DNA of 64,000 nt from Octopus vulgaris (GCA_951406725.2 OX597816.1:146878001-146942000), one strand, 5' to 3'. Shown: positions 29,568-40,160, counted from the first letter of the stretch. The notes: generated by a model from the sequence alone, not told the origin. Made by a program: numbers and translations.

Positions 29568-29603
29568 CTTTTACGTTTCGATCCTACGCTCTTCAACAGA
29601 AAG
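29568..29603 (-). ncRNA. Minimal hammerhead-like motif (CUGUUGA variant)
   Basis: CUUU-CUGUUGA-A-GAGC(GUAG)GAUC-GAA-ACGU-A-AAAG. Confidence 0.5.
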
Positions 29604-29777
29604 GAACACGAAGAAATAAACAGAGAGAAAATAAAAATAAAAACATCTGGATTTAGCGGCCAGTAGTTTCCAAAATGATATGTATAATAGTGGTTGACAA
29701 CTCCCGTTGAACAAACCATTTTTATTTTGTTATCCATGCACTAGGTAATGTATGGTAATATAAGTAGTATATTGTTT

Positions 29778-29930
29778 ACATTATTTACATTTGACAGATA
29801 TTTGTCCCCATCGTGTTTGTTGTTAACACAAAGTTTCGGCAACGTTTCGGCTGGTATACCCTCAGCCGAAACGTTGTGTTAACAACAAATAAAAGATGTG
29901 GACAAATATCCGTCAAATGTAAATAATGTA
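29778..29930. repeat. Fold-back inverted repeat with ~70-bp arms
   Basis: tacattatttacatttgac...tgttaacacaa...aacgtttcggctg versus cagccgaaacgttgtgttaacaaca...gtcaaatgtaaataatgta. Confidence 0.9.
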
Positions 29931-31261
29931 TATAATTCCTCTTCTCTTAAATATAGAACTGCAATATAAGTAGTAATACGCCCGAACAGAACCCGCCACA
30001 GTCCAAACATGTGACATTTTACATGAAATAATGGACAGGAAGTACGAATGCAATATTATAAAAATAACATCCTAAAAGTTTATACAAAATATATTAATCA
30101 TATTTACAAACTAGTAATACCGATGTAGTACAAGCTAGAAAGCTAAATGCACAAACATTAGTTCAGGCAAACAGATAGAAATTTCAATATAAATACCAAG
30201 TTCGTAAATTTCAGGTCTACCTTCTTTTTTCCCCTTAATCTAAGCACGGAAACACAGCGCTTTCTCGTTGACCAATCATACATTTACGTTGTAAATTTCA
30301 CGGCAACGACGTAAAAAACGTTAGTTAATAACAATAACATCTTATATAGAATTCCAGAAAACTTCATTATGAGTGAGATGCAAATTGCACAAAAGAAACC
30401 CAGTGGCGGTCGATGTGAAATTTATGTCTTAGTTAAATAACAAACAATTTTTTTATTAATCTGGGGATAACATCGAATATGACATCATTTTCTTAATGCC
30501 TTGCTTCTTAGTACGACACTCAGCAGCAACACATGATTCACACGTATTCATTTTGAATATCAGGCGGGAGAAGGTATGCAATAATAAAATTTAGAAACGT
30601 TAGTATTCCAAACAAAATATTAGACATGAGAAAATATCAAAGAAAGAGATTAAATCCCAGCAATTCCCTGTATGAAATGTGTGAGTGTCTGGAGAATATG
30701 TGTATATGTGGGTATGTGATTGTTTGTGTGTATGCGTGTTTGTGTGTTTGTGTGTGTAACCGCACACAACATTCGCATTATAAACACGTTAAGGATTGCC
30801 TGAGTAAAATCAGATACTAAATTTCATAGTTATAAATTCAGAGGATAAATCTTTTCGCATTTCCAATAATCAGACATCACTAACAACATCTGCGTTGATC
30901 TTAGGAAAATAAAACACCAGATAAATTAAGTCAAAATAAGATGAACCAAAGCCAATGAATATACACATTACCTTTAACATCAGCAAAACTATTTAGGATG
31001 CTTACATCATCACACCATTATCGATCACATCATTATGATCAATCAAAGGAATTTCAAAGTCATACAAATAAAATCAGACCCAGAAGCTAATATTAATCAT
31101 CGGTCAATTCTATGACTAATTTTGAGCATGTATACATAAATACATGTATATAAAACTTAGACTTAGATAAAACTTAGATATGTTTCGACCAGAGATTGGT
31201 CCAGGCCATGTCTAACTTAATAGCACCACCTGATAGGATTATTCGAATCCTGTTTAAGTCA

Positions 31262-31347
31262 AGTTTTGTTCAAGTAGTGAGTTCTTGTTGGGTGAGTTGT
31301 ATCCAGTTTTGTTCAAGTAGTGAGTTCTTGTTGGGTGAGTTGTATCC
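31262..31347. repeat. Perfect 43-bp tandem duplication at the ORF2 3' end
   Basis: agttttgttcaagtagtgagttcttgttgggtgagttgtatcc occurs at 31262-31304 and 31305-31347. Confidence 0.95.
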
Positions 31348-34278
31348 AATTATGGGTGGCTTGTCTGGTATTCTTTGAAGGAATCTATCCAGACTCTGTT
31401 TGAAGTTGATGGGATCCTTTTCCTCTTTGATCTCCCTCGGGACAATGTTAAATAGGGCAGGGCCTGTTGAGGAAAAGAAATTATGTTGCAGTGTACATGT
31501 ATGTTGTGATCTTGAATTTGGCAGCGGACGTATAGCCCGTGGTCCAAGTCTCGGATGAACCTTGAAGCTAATGTTTAGGTCGTTTGGGCAAAGTTGGCGG
31601 TATATTTTCCACATCGTACAAATGATGTACCGCTCACGGCGACGCTGGAGGGAGTAAAGTTTCAAGGCTTTAAGGCGATCCCAATAGTCGAGAGCAGCCA
31701 TGCCTTCAATTTGTTTAGTGAGAGCCCTCTGGGGTGACTCAATTCTGGAGATGTTTTGTCTTGTGTGAGGAGACCACAGTGGGCAGCAGTATTCAAGGTG
31801 TGGCCGTACAAAGGATGAAAAAAGTGGTATGATGACACCTTGTTCTCTGGACCGGAAAGTTCTTAAGATCCAGGAACTCATCCTACGAGCTGTATCGACC
31901 TTCTTGTTGATGTGTGCACTCCAACTGAGATCGTCATCAACAATTACACCCAGGTCTCTGATATTGTTAGAGGCTGTGAGCGGTTCCCCTGAAGGAAGAG
32001 AGTATGGTTGTTTTAGTGAGGAATTTCTTCCAAAATGCATCAGCTCAAATTTTCCCTCATTCAGTTGCATTTTGTTTCTGTCTGCCCATTGACTCACAGC
32101 ATATAGGTCAGACTGGAGTTGAGTTCGGTCTGCTTCTTCATTGACGATTTGCTGGAGCTTAGTGTCATCAGCGAATATTTTCACTTTGCAGTGATGTACG
32201 ACACTGGAAAGGTCGTTTACATAAATTATGAAGAGTAGCGGACCCAAAACAGTTCCCTGGGGAACACCGCTGGTGACTTTTGCTGGGTTTGAGTGGACTC
32301 CATCAACTACAACATGTTGTGTTCTATTCGCTAGGAAATACTGAATCCAGTGTAGAACTTTTCCACGGATTCCAACATTTGCCAATTTTGAGAGTAGGAT
32401 GTTATGGTCTACCCTGTCGAACGCTTTACTGAAGTCAAGGTATATGACGTCAGAGTTCGAACCTGTTCCCAAGGCTTTGAGTACATCTTCAATGTGGTGT
32501 AAGAGCTGTGTTAGACAGTCCCTGCCACAGCGAAAGCCATGTTGATTTGAATTTAGGAGTTTGTGGGTCTCCAGGAAGTCAGCTATCCTTGATCTTAACA
32601 CTCTTTCAAACACTTTAATGATGTGGGAGGTGAGTGAGATTGGGCGATAGTTGACTGCGAGGGATCTGTTTCCCTGTTTGAAAACCGGGATGACCGACTG
32701 GGATAGAAACTTTTTCGGTATATAACCTGCGTCTAACGAGTTTCTCCAGAGGTTGGTCAGAGGGACTGCAAGTTGATATCTACATTCCTTCAGGAGACTG
32801 GCGGGAAATCTATCAGGGCCTACAGCGGAGTAATGTTTGACCTCATTTATTGCTGCTACGATGTCGGTGGCAGTGAAGGATATGTCTGCGATTTTGTGTT
32901 GGGAGTCAGCTTCGTTCGTTTCCCTCACATCAATATCAGTGGGAACACTGAAGACAGAGCAATATTGTTTCTGCAGTATTTCTGCCATTTCTTTAGCATC
33001 GTGTTGGGGAATGCCGTTTTCATCAATCAATGGCCCAATAGGTGAGACAGTGGTTCTATGCTTATTTGCATAAGAATAGAACACTTTTGGGTTCTGTTTG
33101 ATGTTTTTGATTACCCATTGTTCCTCCACAGCTCTTTGATTTTCAATGGAGGTTTTCATGTTAGTCTGCAGATGAAGTTTTTCCAGCTCTAGTCTTTTCA
33201 TTGTTGTTGAATGTGGATGTTGCGTGTGGGAATATTTTAATTGGTTGATTTTTTTGTTGAGTCTTTTGATGCGCCTGATGAGTGTTTTTTTCTTTTTAGG
33301 GAGCCGGTTTCTGTTTGTGTTAGTAGATTTCTTGGGAGCGTGTTTAGAGCATGTGTCGGTGACAATGGTTTCAAAGTGCTGCCACGCGGTCTCAATATGA
33401 GGGGAATTGAGAGTAAAAGACCAGTCGATGGAAGACAGATCCTTTCTGATTGTTCTCCAGTCCGCTTTGTGGAAATTTATGTTGTCAAATGGGTGCCATG
33501 GAGTGGGATTGGCTGGTTTGGTTTTTATACGTCGGGAATTAAGATTGCAAAGTACCATGTCGTGGTCTGAGAGGAGAGTTTTTTCGACTGAAATGCTGTG
33601 AACGTAGCTAGAGTGATTGGTCAGTACCAGATCCAAGATCGTTTTATTCTGTCTCGTTGGTTCAAGCACTAGCTGAGTCAGGAAATACTCATCCATCAGA
33701 TTAAAGAGCAGTTCTGCTGCTGCCCTATCTGATGTAGAGCACTTGCCTAACTTCGGAGTATTTGTGGGCCAGTTCACATGAGGGAGGTTAAAATCACCCA
33801 TCACTATTATGTTTCCGGAGTGGTACTTCCGAAGGAAGGACTTGACTTTGCTAAGGCACTCTTCAAAGTACTTTAGAGGTGCCTGGGGAGGCCTGTAAAG
33901 ACCAACAATGGTTATGTCCTTGGCTTTGTTGTATACTGATACCGATTCACAGTAGCCATTGGAAAATGTGTCCTTGGCATCAAGTGAAAAGGAGTCATGG
34001 ATAAAGATGGCTGTCCCACCCTTATTTCGGTCTGTGCGATCCGCACGAACAATGGTGAAATCTTTTATTTTCACCTCTGCGTCCATATGGGTGTTGTTCA
34101 GGTGAGTCTCGGTAAGGATAAAGAAAGGGAAGCAATGTGCCATTTCGGCAAGCCAACTCTCTATATATGGGATCTTCCATTTTTGGGCAATAATTGATGG
34201 GTTGATGCCACGTACATTTAACAGGAATGTCGAGGTAAGGGAAGTTGGTAATGGGTGAGTGGTCCTTGTGATTTGCAT
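31270..34278 (-). CDS. LINE ORF2: APE endonuclease + reverse transcriptase (1002 aa)
   Basis: APE motifs LNVRG, LTETHL, GLYRPP, MGDFNLP, LDLVLTN, SDHD. RT motifs NYRPISLTS, QHGFR, YLDFSKAFDRVDH, GVPQGTVLGPLLF, FADDTK, RDLGV. CR1/L2-like C-terminal motifs RPHLEYCCPLWSP and LYSLQRRRER. Confidence 0.97.
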   Translation of the reverse strand: MQITRTTHPLPTSLTSTFLLNVRGINPSIIAQKWKIPYIESWLAEMAHCFPFFILTETHLNNTHMDAEVKIKDFTIVRADRTDRNKGGTAIFIHDSFSLDAKDTFSNGYCESVSVYNKAKDITIVGLYRPPQAPLKYFEECLSKVKSFLRKYHSGNIIVMGDFNLPHVNWPTNTPKLGKCSTSDRAAAELLFNLMDEYFLTQLVLEPTRQNKTILDLVLTNHSSYVHSISVEKTLLSDHDMVLCNLNSRRIKTKPANPTPWHPFDNINFHKADWRTIRKDLSSIDWSFTLNSPHIETAWQHFETIVTDTCSKHAPKKSTNTNRNRLPKKKKTLIRRIKRLNKKINQLKYSHTQHPHSTTMKRLELEKLHLQTNMKTSIENQRAVEEQWVIKNIKQNPKVFYSYANKHRTTVSPIGPLIDENGIPQHDAKEMAEILQKQYCSVFSVPTDIDVRETNEADSQHKIADISFTATDIVAAINEVKHYSAVGPDRFPASLLKECRYQLAVPLTNLWRNSLDAGYIPKKFLSQSVIPVFKQGNRSLAVNYRPISLTSHIIKVFERVLRSRIADFLETHKLLNSNQHGFRCGRDCLTQLLHHIEDVLKALGTGSNSDVIYLDFSKAFDRVDHNILLSKLANVGIRGKVLHWIQYFLANRTQHVVVDGVHSNPAKVTSGVPQGTVLGPLLFIIYVNDLSSVVHHCKVKIFADDTKLQQIVNEEADRTQLQSDLYAVSQWADRNKMQLNEGKFELMHFGRNSSLKQPYSLPSGEPLTASNNIRDLGVIVDDDLSWSAHINKKVDTARRMSSWILRTFRSREQGVIIPLFSSFVRPHLEYCCPLWSPHTRQNISRIESPQRALTKQIEGMAALDYWDRLKALKLYSLQRRRERYIICTMWKIYRQLCPNDLNISFKVHPRLGPRAIRPLPNSRSQHTCTLQHNFFSSTGPALFNIVPREIKEEKDPINFKQSLDRFLQRIPDKPPIIGYNSPNKNSLLEQNWIQLTQQELTT

Positions 34279-35489
34279 AGATGGTTGGTGATGGCTCGCT
34301 GGATCTCCTGGCTTAGGTCGGCCTTCATATTTTCCAGGTATGTCAGTAAAAAAGAGTTACTTGTTTGGTTTGCCACTTGGTCAGAGGATACATATTTCAA
34401 GTTGGCGTTATTTGGTGTTTTTTCCTGGTTCTGTCTACGTAGTTTGATTGTAGGAGGGGAAACGTGGTTGTATGTTGTTCTTGTTGTTGTCCTAGATTTC
34501 CTCTGTTCCTGTTCATATCTATTCTGTGATCGTTTTGTGCCCTTCAGATGGTGGTTGTTGCATTCTGGGTTCAGGCACATCCTTTGTGAGACAGAAGTTT
34601 GGCACAGTTTAGGATGGAATAAGGTGCATTCATTGCCTCTTATGCATCCGTATTTAGGGTCAGAACCATAGATTCTGTATTTAGGACAGTATTTGGGGTG
34701 GAGGTGGGGGCAATTTTTTCCTGTTATACCGTATGGACAGGTGCCCATAGCAAGTCTACGACATAAGGTCGGGTGGGGAAAAGCACAGCGTCCATTTTTG
34801 TTTGTGCCGCTGGGGCCAAATCTACAAGTGCCTTTAGAATAGTAACGGCAGGGGGTTTTATTTGGTTGTAGTAGTGGTTTTTCTATTTTGGCAGTAGTAG
34901 TAGTGGTGGTGGTGGTGGTGGTGTTAGAAGCAGCTTGTTGATTTTGTGATGGTGGGTTCTGGCTTGCCAGTATGTGGTCAAATCTGCAGCTGCCTTGAGA
35001 GTAGTAGTGGCAGATGGTTTTACGCGGATGTAGTAGTGATTTTCCTATTGTGGCAGTAGTGGGGAGTTGTAGCAGCATTGGAACTTGACTAGTGGTAGTA
35101 TTAGAGTGTTGTTGTTGTTGTTTTTGTTGCTGTAGCGAAGGTGAGACTTGACTTGGTTCATCAGGTGCTGTTGTCAATGGAAGTAGGTCAGTTGATTGTT
35201 GCTGTTGAAGTGACCACTGACCTGTTGGGATTTGGTCATTTGTTGTACTGGATTCGTTGGCAAGAATGGATTTTAGTGTAGCCATGGGCGCGTGAAAAAT
35301 AGGGAATATCCTAACAATTTCTTTTAATTTATTTTCTATCTGTTTTACAGATCTGTGAAAGGATTTTTTCGTTAAATCCTCAGTTATTTTGCTATAAACA
35401 TTAGCTTCGTTGTGATGGATGAACCAAGCGTTAATCATTGCAGTAATTTCATTTTCAACCCAGCGGCGTTTTTGAAAATTATTGGCCAT
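34218..35489 (-). CDS. LINE ORF1 (423 aa): N-terminal Myb/SANT-like (trihelix) domain, Q/T-rich linker, four complete and one truncated CCCH zinc fingers
   Basis: N-terminus RRWVENEITAMINAW...VYSKITEDL...RSVKQIENKLKEI fits the trihelix pattern by eye. Finger spacings are C-x7-C-x12-C-x3-H, C-x7-C-x8-C-x3-H, C-x13-C-x5-C-x3-H and C-x8-C-x4-C-x3-H. It lies directly upstream of and overlaps ORF2. Confidence 0.88.
   Translation of the reverse strand: MANNFQKRRWVENEITAMINAWFIHHNEANVYSKITEDLTKKSFHRSVKQIENKLKEIVRIFPIFHAPMATLKSILANESSTTNDQIPTGQWSLQQQQSTDLLPLTTAPDEPSQVSPSLQQQKQQQQHSNTTTSQVPMLLQLPTTATIGKSLLHPRKTICHYYSQGSCRFDHILASQNPPSQNQQAASNTTTTTTTTTTAKIEKPLLQPNKTPCRYYSKGTCRFGPSGTNKNGRCAFPHPTLCRRLAMGTCPYGITGKNCPHLHPKYCPKYRIYGSDPKYGCIRGNECTLFHPKLCQTSVSQRMCLNPECNNHHLKGTKRSQNRYEQEQRKSRTTTRTTYNHVSPPTIKLRRQNQEKTPNNANLKYVSSDQVANQTSNSFLLTYLENMKADLSQEIQRAITNHLCKSQGPLTHYQLPLPRHSC
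34307..34359 (-). promoter_or_regulatory. Candidate -1 programmed ribosomal frameshift signal joining ORF1 to ORF2
   Basis: Minus strand reads TAA CTC TTT TTT A in the ORF2 frame. The heptamer T TTT TTA (34353-34347) is phased on ORF1 codons and is followed by an 8-nt spacer and a CCTGG...CCAGG stem. The -1 frame has no stop from here into ORF2. Confidence 0.6.
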
Positions 35490-36036
35490 ATTCAGTGGGG
35501 TAGTGTTGTGTAATATCTATATGTATGTATGTGTATGCGTGTGTATGTATGTGTACACCAGTTATTGATGGCTTGATGTAAAATAGTGAACTCAGTAAAT
35601 AGTGAATACACCGTTGGAAAGTTTGTGTCGATATACTCGGAAATTCGTGGCTTGTGTGTGAGAGTTCAGTGTAATTAGTACAATCTAATTAGTACAATCG
35701 GGATGAGCGGTGTGTTTGATACAGACCAAGAAAAAGAATTGTACTCACGGGACTAGTTTTAGAACTAGTCTTGGGTTTAGTATTTAGTTTTGGGTTGTTC
35801 CTCTTTCTTCAGGTTGTATATAGATTTGTATAAATTTATCCTCCGATGGTAGTAAAAGAGTAGTATAGTAGGATTGTAGAGTTCAAAAGTCTTGAGATTA
35901 AAGACAAGGAGAGATTATGTTAGCTTGAGTTGAGTTGAGTTGAGTTAAATTGAGTTGAAAAATGCTTCTTTGGTTAGTTACTGACGGGAGCTATAAAAAG
36001 TACGTCTTGTCACGACGACTGCCTGCACACCTATCA

Positions 36037-36102
<66 letters not shown>

Positions 36103-36221
36103 CACACGTATTTATGCTTATAAATGCATACACGCACAAACACACATACATATATATTCGTAGACATCTATCTATCTATCTACCTACCTATCTATGTATC
36201 TCCTCACTCTCCCACTCTGTT

Positions 36222-36383
<162 letters not shown>

Positions 36384-37112
36384 TAAGGTAGTAGAATCGA
36401 TTAAACGAGTACGGTGAACATGCCGCAAGAATACGAAAATCTAACATTTCGTCACCGTCTAGCTTCAGGGGAAAAGTTGAAAAGAGAGAGATTACTGAGA
36501 TACTGCAGACATTTAGATCCTCTAACTTAAGAAAAAAGTGCATACAGCTAATAACGAACGCAGGGCTACTTGAGATTTATACCTGAACAAGAAGTATGTG
36601 AAAAAAATGTAAGAGCGAAGTATGAATGTGGAGGTTCAGAGTCCAGCATTTAGACGTTAAAGTTAAAGTCCCGTATATCAGATGTAAGTTCATAATGCTT
36701 TTAAGAAGATTTTACCAGTTTATTTGGGGAAGGTACTGGTTATCAAGCAGATAGGCCATGGTTCAGGTTACTGTAGAAATGTATCGTATGCTTTCACGTT
36801 CACAAAATTATGTAGGCATGTGTGAAGGCTGGTTATTAGCAGCAAAATTCTCTCTAGTTATTAAATATACTAGAATTTATTTGACCTTTGTGTATTAGTG
36901 ATGTATAGTTTATTGACATTCTTTTACAAATGTCTTTGCTATCCCGTTTCGAACGTGAGTATTTTATGCATAATTATTAAGTTATGAATATATGCAGATA
37001 TGAAGCAATATAAAATGTGTCTTGTTATGTATAAAAATAAATTTCACACTAAAGATAAAATCTCCTCAACCAGGTTAAACCACCTTGCTTCTTGTATATA
37101 TGTCTGATTGCG

Positions 37113-37400
<288 letters not shown>

Positions 37401-39069
37401 TAAGCCAGATTTTACTCTACATTTGATACAGAAAACAGTGGTATTCCTAATAGATATCATTGTTCAGTATCCATGCATAAATGTTAGCTCTAAGTGTATT
37501 TTCTGATCCATTCATTTTCAATTTCATTTGAATGTTATTTTAGCAACTTAAGCATGTTTCAGAGATCATCGGTCATAATTACTGTATCAATTATCAGGAA
37601 GTTTGAACGATGTGGGAACGGAAATTAAATGAAGCATGTTTCCTCTCATTGTTACATGAAATAATATTGATAGTCTTGCTTTTGGGAGACAAATAGAATA
37701 ATAAAGAAACATACTGTAATTGAAGAGGCTCCTGGATAAATACTGGAATTTATTTTCTTGCGTAATGAATTGCAAATTGACTCCCACAAGCATTTCAAAT
37801 GGAAGCCTAAACCTATATACCAAATACGGTACGGACTTTTTTCTGGTTTTCATCGAAATCCACTGAACAATTTATTGAAATCCTATTAAATGTAACATAG
37901 TTACAACGGTGCATTTAGGAGCAAAAACAGTCAAGCAGAAAGATCCCACCAGTATTTGAACGATATGTATTTTTTTGATCATGAAATATTAAATACATAG
38001 GTAATATTGAAATAGTATTTCGATATTTATGTTTGAAGTGATTTTAAATACAATGACGTGTTCATTCTATCAGTCTTCATATTGTTTATCATTTAATAGA
38101 GTTTAAGTCAAATAACGTATTTTACTCGCATTTATAACACATATCACATCTAATGCGTGAAAACAAATCGGCACTATTTAGGATTAATTATGAATAATAA
38201 CGATGTACATATATATAGTGAAAGGATATGGTGCCGTTATAATCAAGGTGGGTTTATGGAAATAATGATGTACGGTAATTATCCCGTAAATATACTACAG
38301 ATGAAGATTACTTTAATAATGGGTACGAAGAATTATGCTCGGTTTAAATGAGAAAGATGTAAAAAATAAAATAAAAGAAGTGATTCTATTAATGCTTATT
38401 AAGTCAAAATCTCGACGGCAAAGTGTCTGATTATATATCTCATTAAATAAATACAATTAAACTATGAAGAATGGAAACGTTTTCGTTAAGACTTCCAAAC
38501 ATTTAGTCCGAAGACAATCATTAGTGTTGAACTGTTATCCTTTATACCACTACCAGTACCAACACCAACCAACCTTACAGATTAATATTGATCAAATAGG
38601 ATAATTAAATATTTCTTTATTGCTGTCCAAATTGATAGCACATCCAGAAGTTGCAAAGTTACACCGTATTTTAGAAAGCCGGTTCGTGTAGACAGAAATA
38701 TTCACCACAAGATCAATAAAAATATTTCAATCCTAAGATAAGAATGCAATACTAATGTTTCATCAGCGACTACCAATAATGATTTTAGTCTGCCAAACCT
38801 GTCCCTTCGCAGTGTGCCCTATAGCTAAATTATTTCAGTTGTATTATGATTCACCTCTAATTTTCATAGTTTTCAGGTGATAAGAAATATGTCTCTTAAA
38901 TGATAATTCGTTACCCTTCTACAATTAGATTTCTTGGCGAAGAAATTCATCTTAAGCACAGCAAGTTCACAAAAGATTGATTAACTGCATAATCTTTCTC
39001 TAAATTAGAAACTACAACTATGTGTGTCTTTCTTCATTGCCTATTCTCGATATTCAAAGACTGGAAAAC

Positions 39070-39465
39070 TAATATTGGTTTGAAATTTTGGCACAAGGCC
39101 AGCAATTTGGTGAAAAGAATAAATCGATTACATCGACCCCAGTCCTCGACTGATACTTGTTTTATCGACCCCGAAAAAATGAAAGGAATTTGCACACAGA
39201 GCGAAAAGATGGACGAAATGCAGTCAAGAATTTTGCCCGGCGTTTTAAAAATTCTGCGATCTCGCCACCCGAATTGGAAAGGTAATGTTGCTTTCACTTT
39301 TGGCACACGGTCAGGAAGTTTGAGAAGTAGAGTACAGTATTTCACTGGTATTATTTCATCGACCCGGAAAGGATTAAAGGTGAAGTAGACCTCGGTGGAA
39401 TTTGAAATCAGAACGAGATGACGGACGAATTTCAGTTAAGCATTCTGCCCGGTGTTTTAACGATA
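39070..39465 (-). mobile_element. Two tandem diverged SINE family B copies
   Basis: atcgaccc...gaaag and gacctcggtggaatttgaaatcagaacg motifs in reverse orientation. Confidence 0.75.
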
Positions 39466-40127
39466 TTTGTAATGTATAAAATACCCCACCACCTTATATT
39501 TATAAAGTAACAAAAACGAAACGTTGTGCATGATTTAGCGATAAAGTCACCACAACGAGAGGATACGAATGAGTTCAGAGTATTTCGTCAATGCTATGAA
39601 TGTTTCGTATTAACTAGAATAAATAATAATAATTTAAGAAAAAGAAAATAAAGAATAGCACAGGTATTAGATATTCTAAACTTAGCGGAGGTATAAATAT
39701 ACTTCTTACAAGTTAAACGAAAAAGAAAACTGTAAGCCAGCGGATGCAAACTAGAGAAAAAAGGGAAATATCTATAAAACTAGATGTGGTCTGTATTCAC
39801 GGAGTACACTATTCACATGATGTCTAAAATCGTAGTACAAAACGCCTATAGCATAACAGCGGTAAGACATTTAGTATTCGTTAATTTTTCGAAAAACAAT
39901 TGAGAGAGTGCTGCTGCGCTCTAAAGTATCCAAGTAATACTCAGTGCTCTGTGAGCCACGTTTAAGCATCTTAATGCCAGGTTTGCTACTTCCGTTGCAT
40001 GGCTTCGCTCCTCATTTGATATAACTTCGTTTCACTTATAGCGAAATATTACCGGAAATAAAATAAAAATTGTTTTTGAATTTACACGTATATATACAAA
40101 TAAACAAAAACACAAACACGCATGCAT

Positions 40128-40160
<33 letters not shown>

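Larger units (their letters stand above)
31149..36038 (-). mobile_element. Apparently full-length non-LTR retrotransposon (LINE, CR1/L2/Jockey group): 5'UTR, ORF1, ORF2, 3'UTR and short tandem-repeat tail
   Basis: Two long uninterrupted ORFs in tandem. About 550 bp of 5'UTR ends at a (TA)n tract at 36039. The 3' end has stem-loops and an imperfect (CTAAGTTTTAT)-type repeat tail next to TATATA. The region is more GC-rich than its flanks. Boundaries are approximate. Confidence 0.93.

Noticed and set aside
31170-31210. GACCA..TGGTC-GAAAC in the LINE 3'UTR as a hammerhead
   Set aside because: There is no CUGANGA box or stem I upstream, so it is treated as an ordinary 3' stem-loop.
31196-34671. 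Plus-strand ORFs of 60-138 aa overlapping the LINE
   Set aside because: They are antisense shadows of ORF1/ORF2 with no recognisable motifs.
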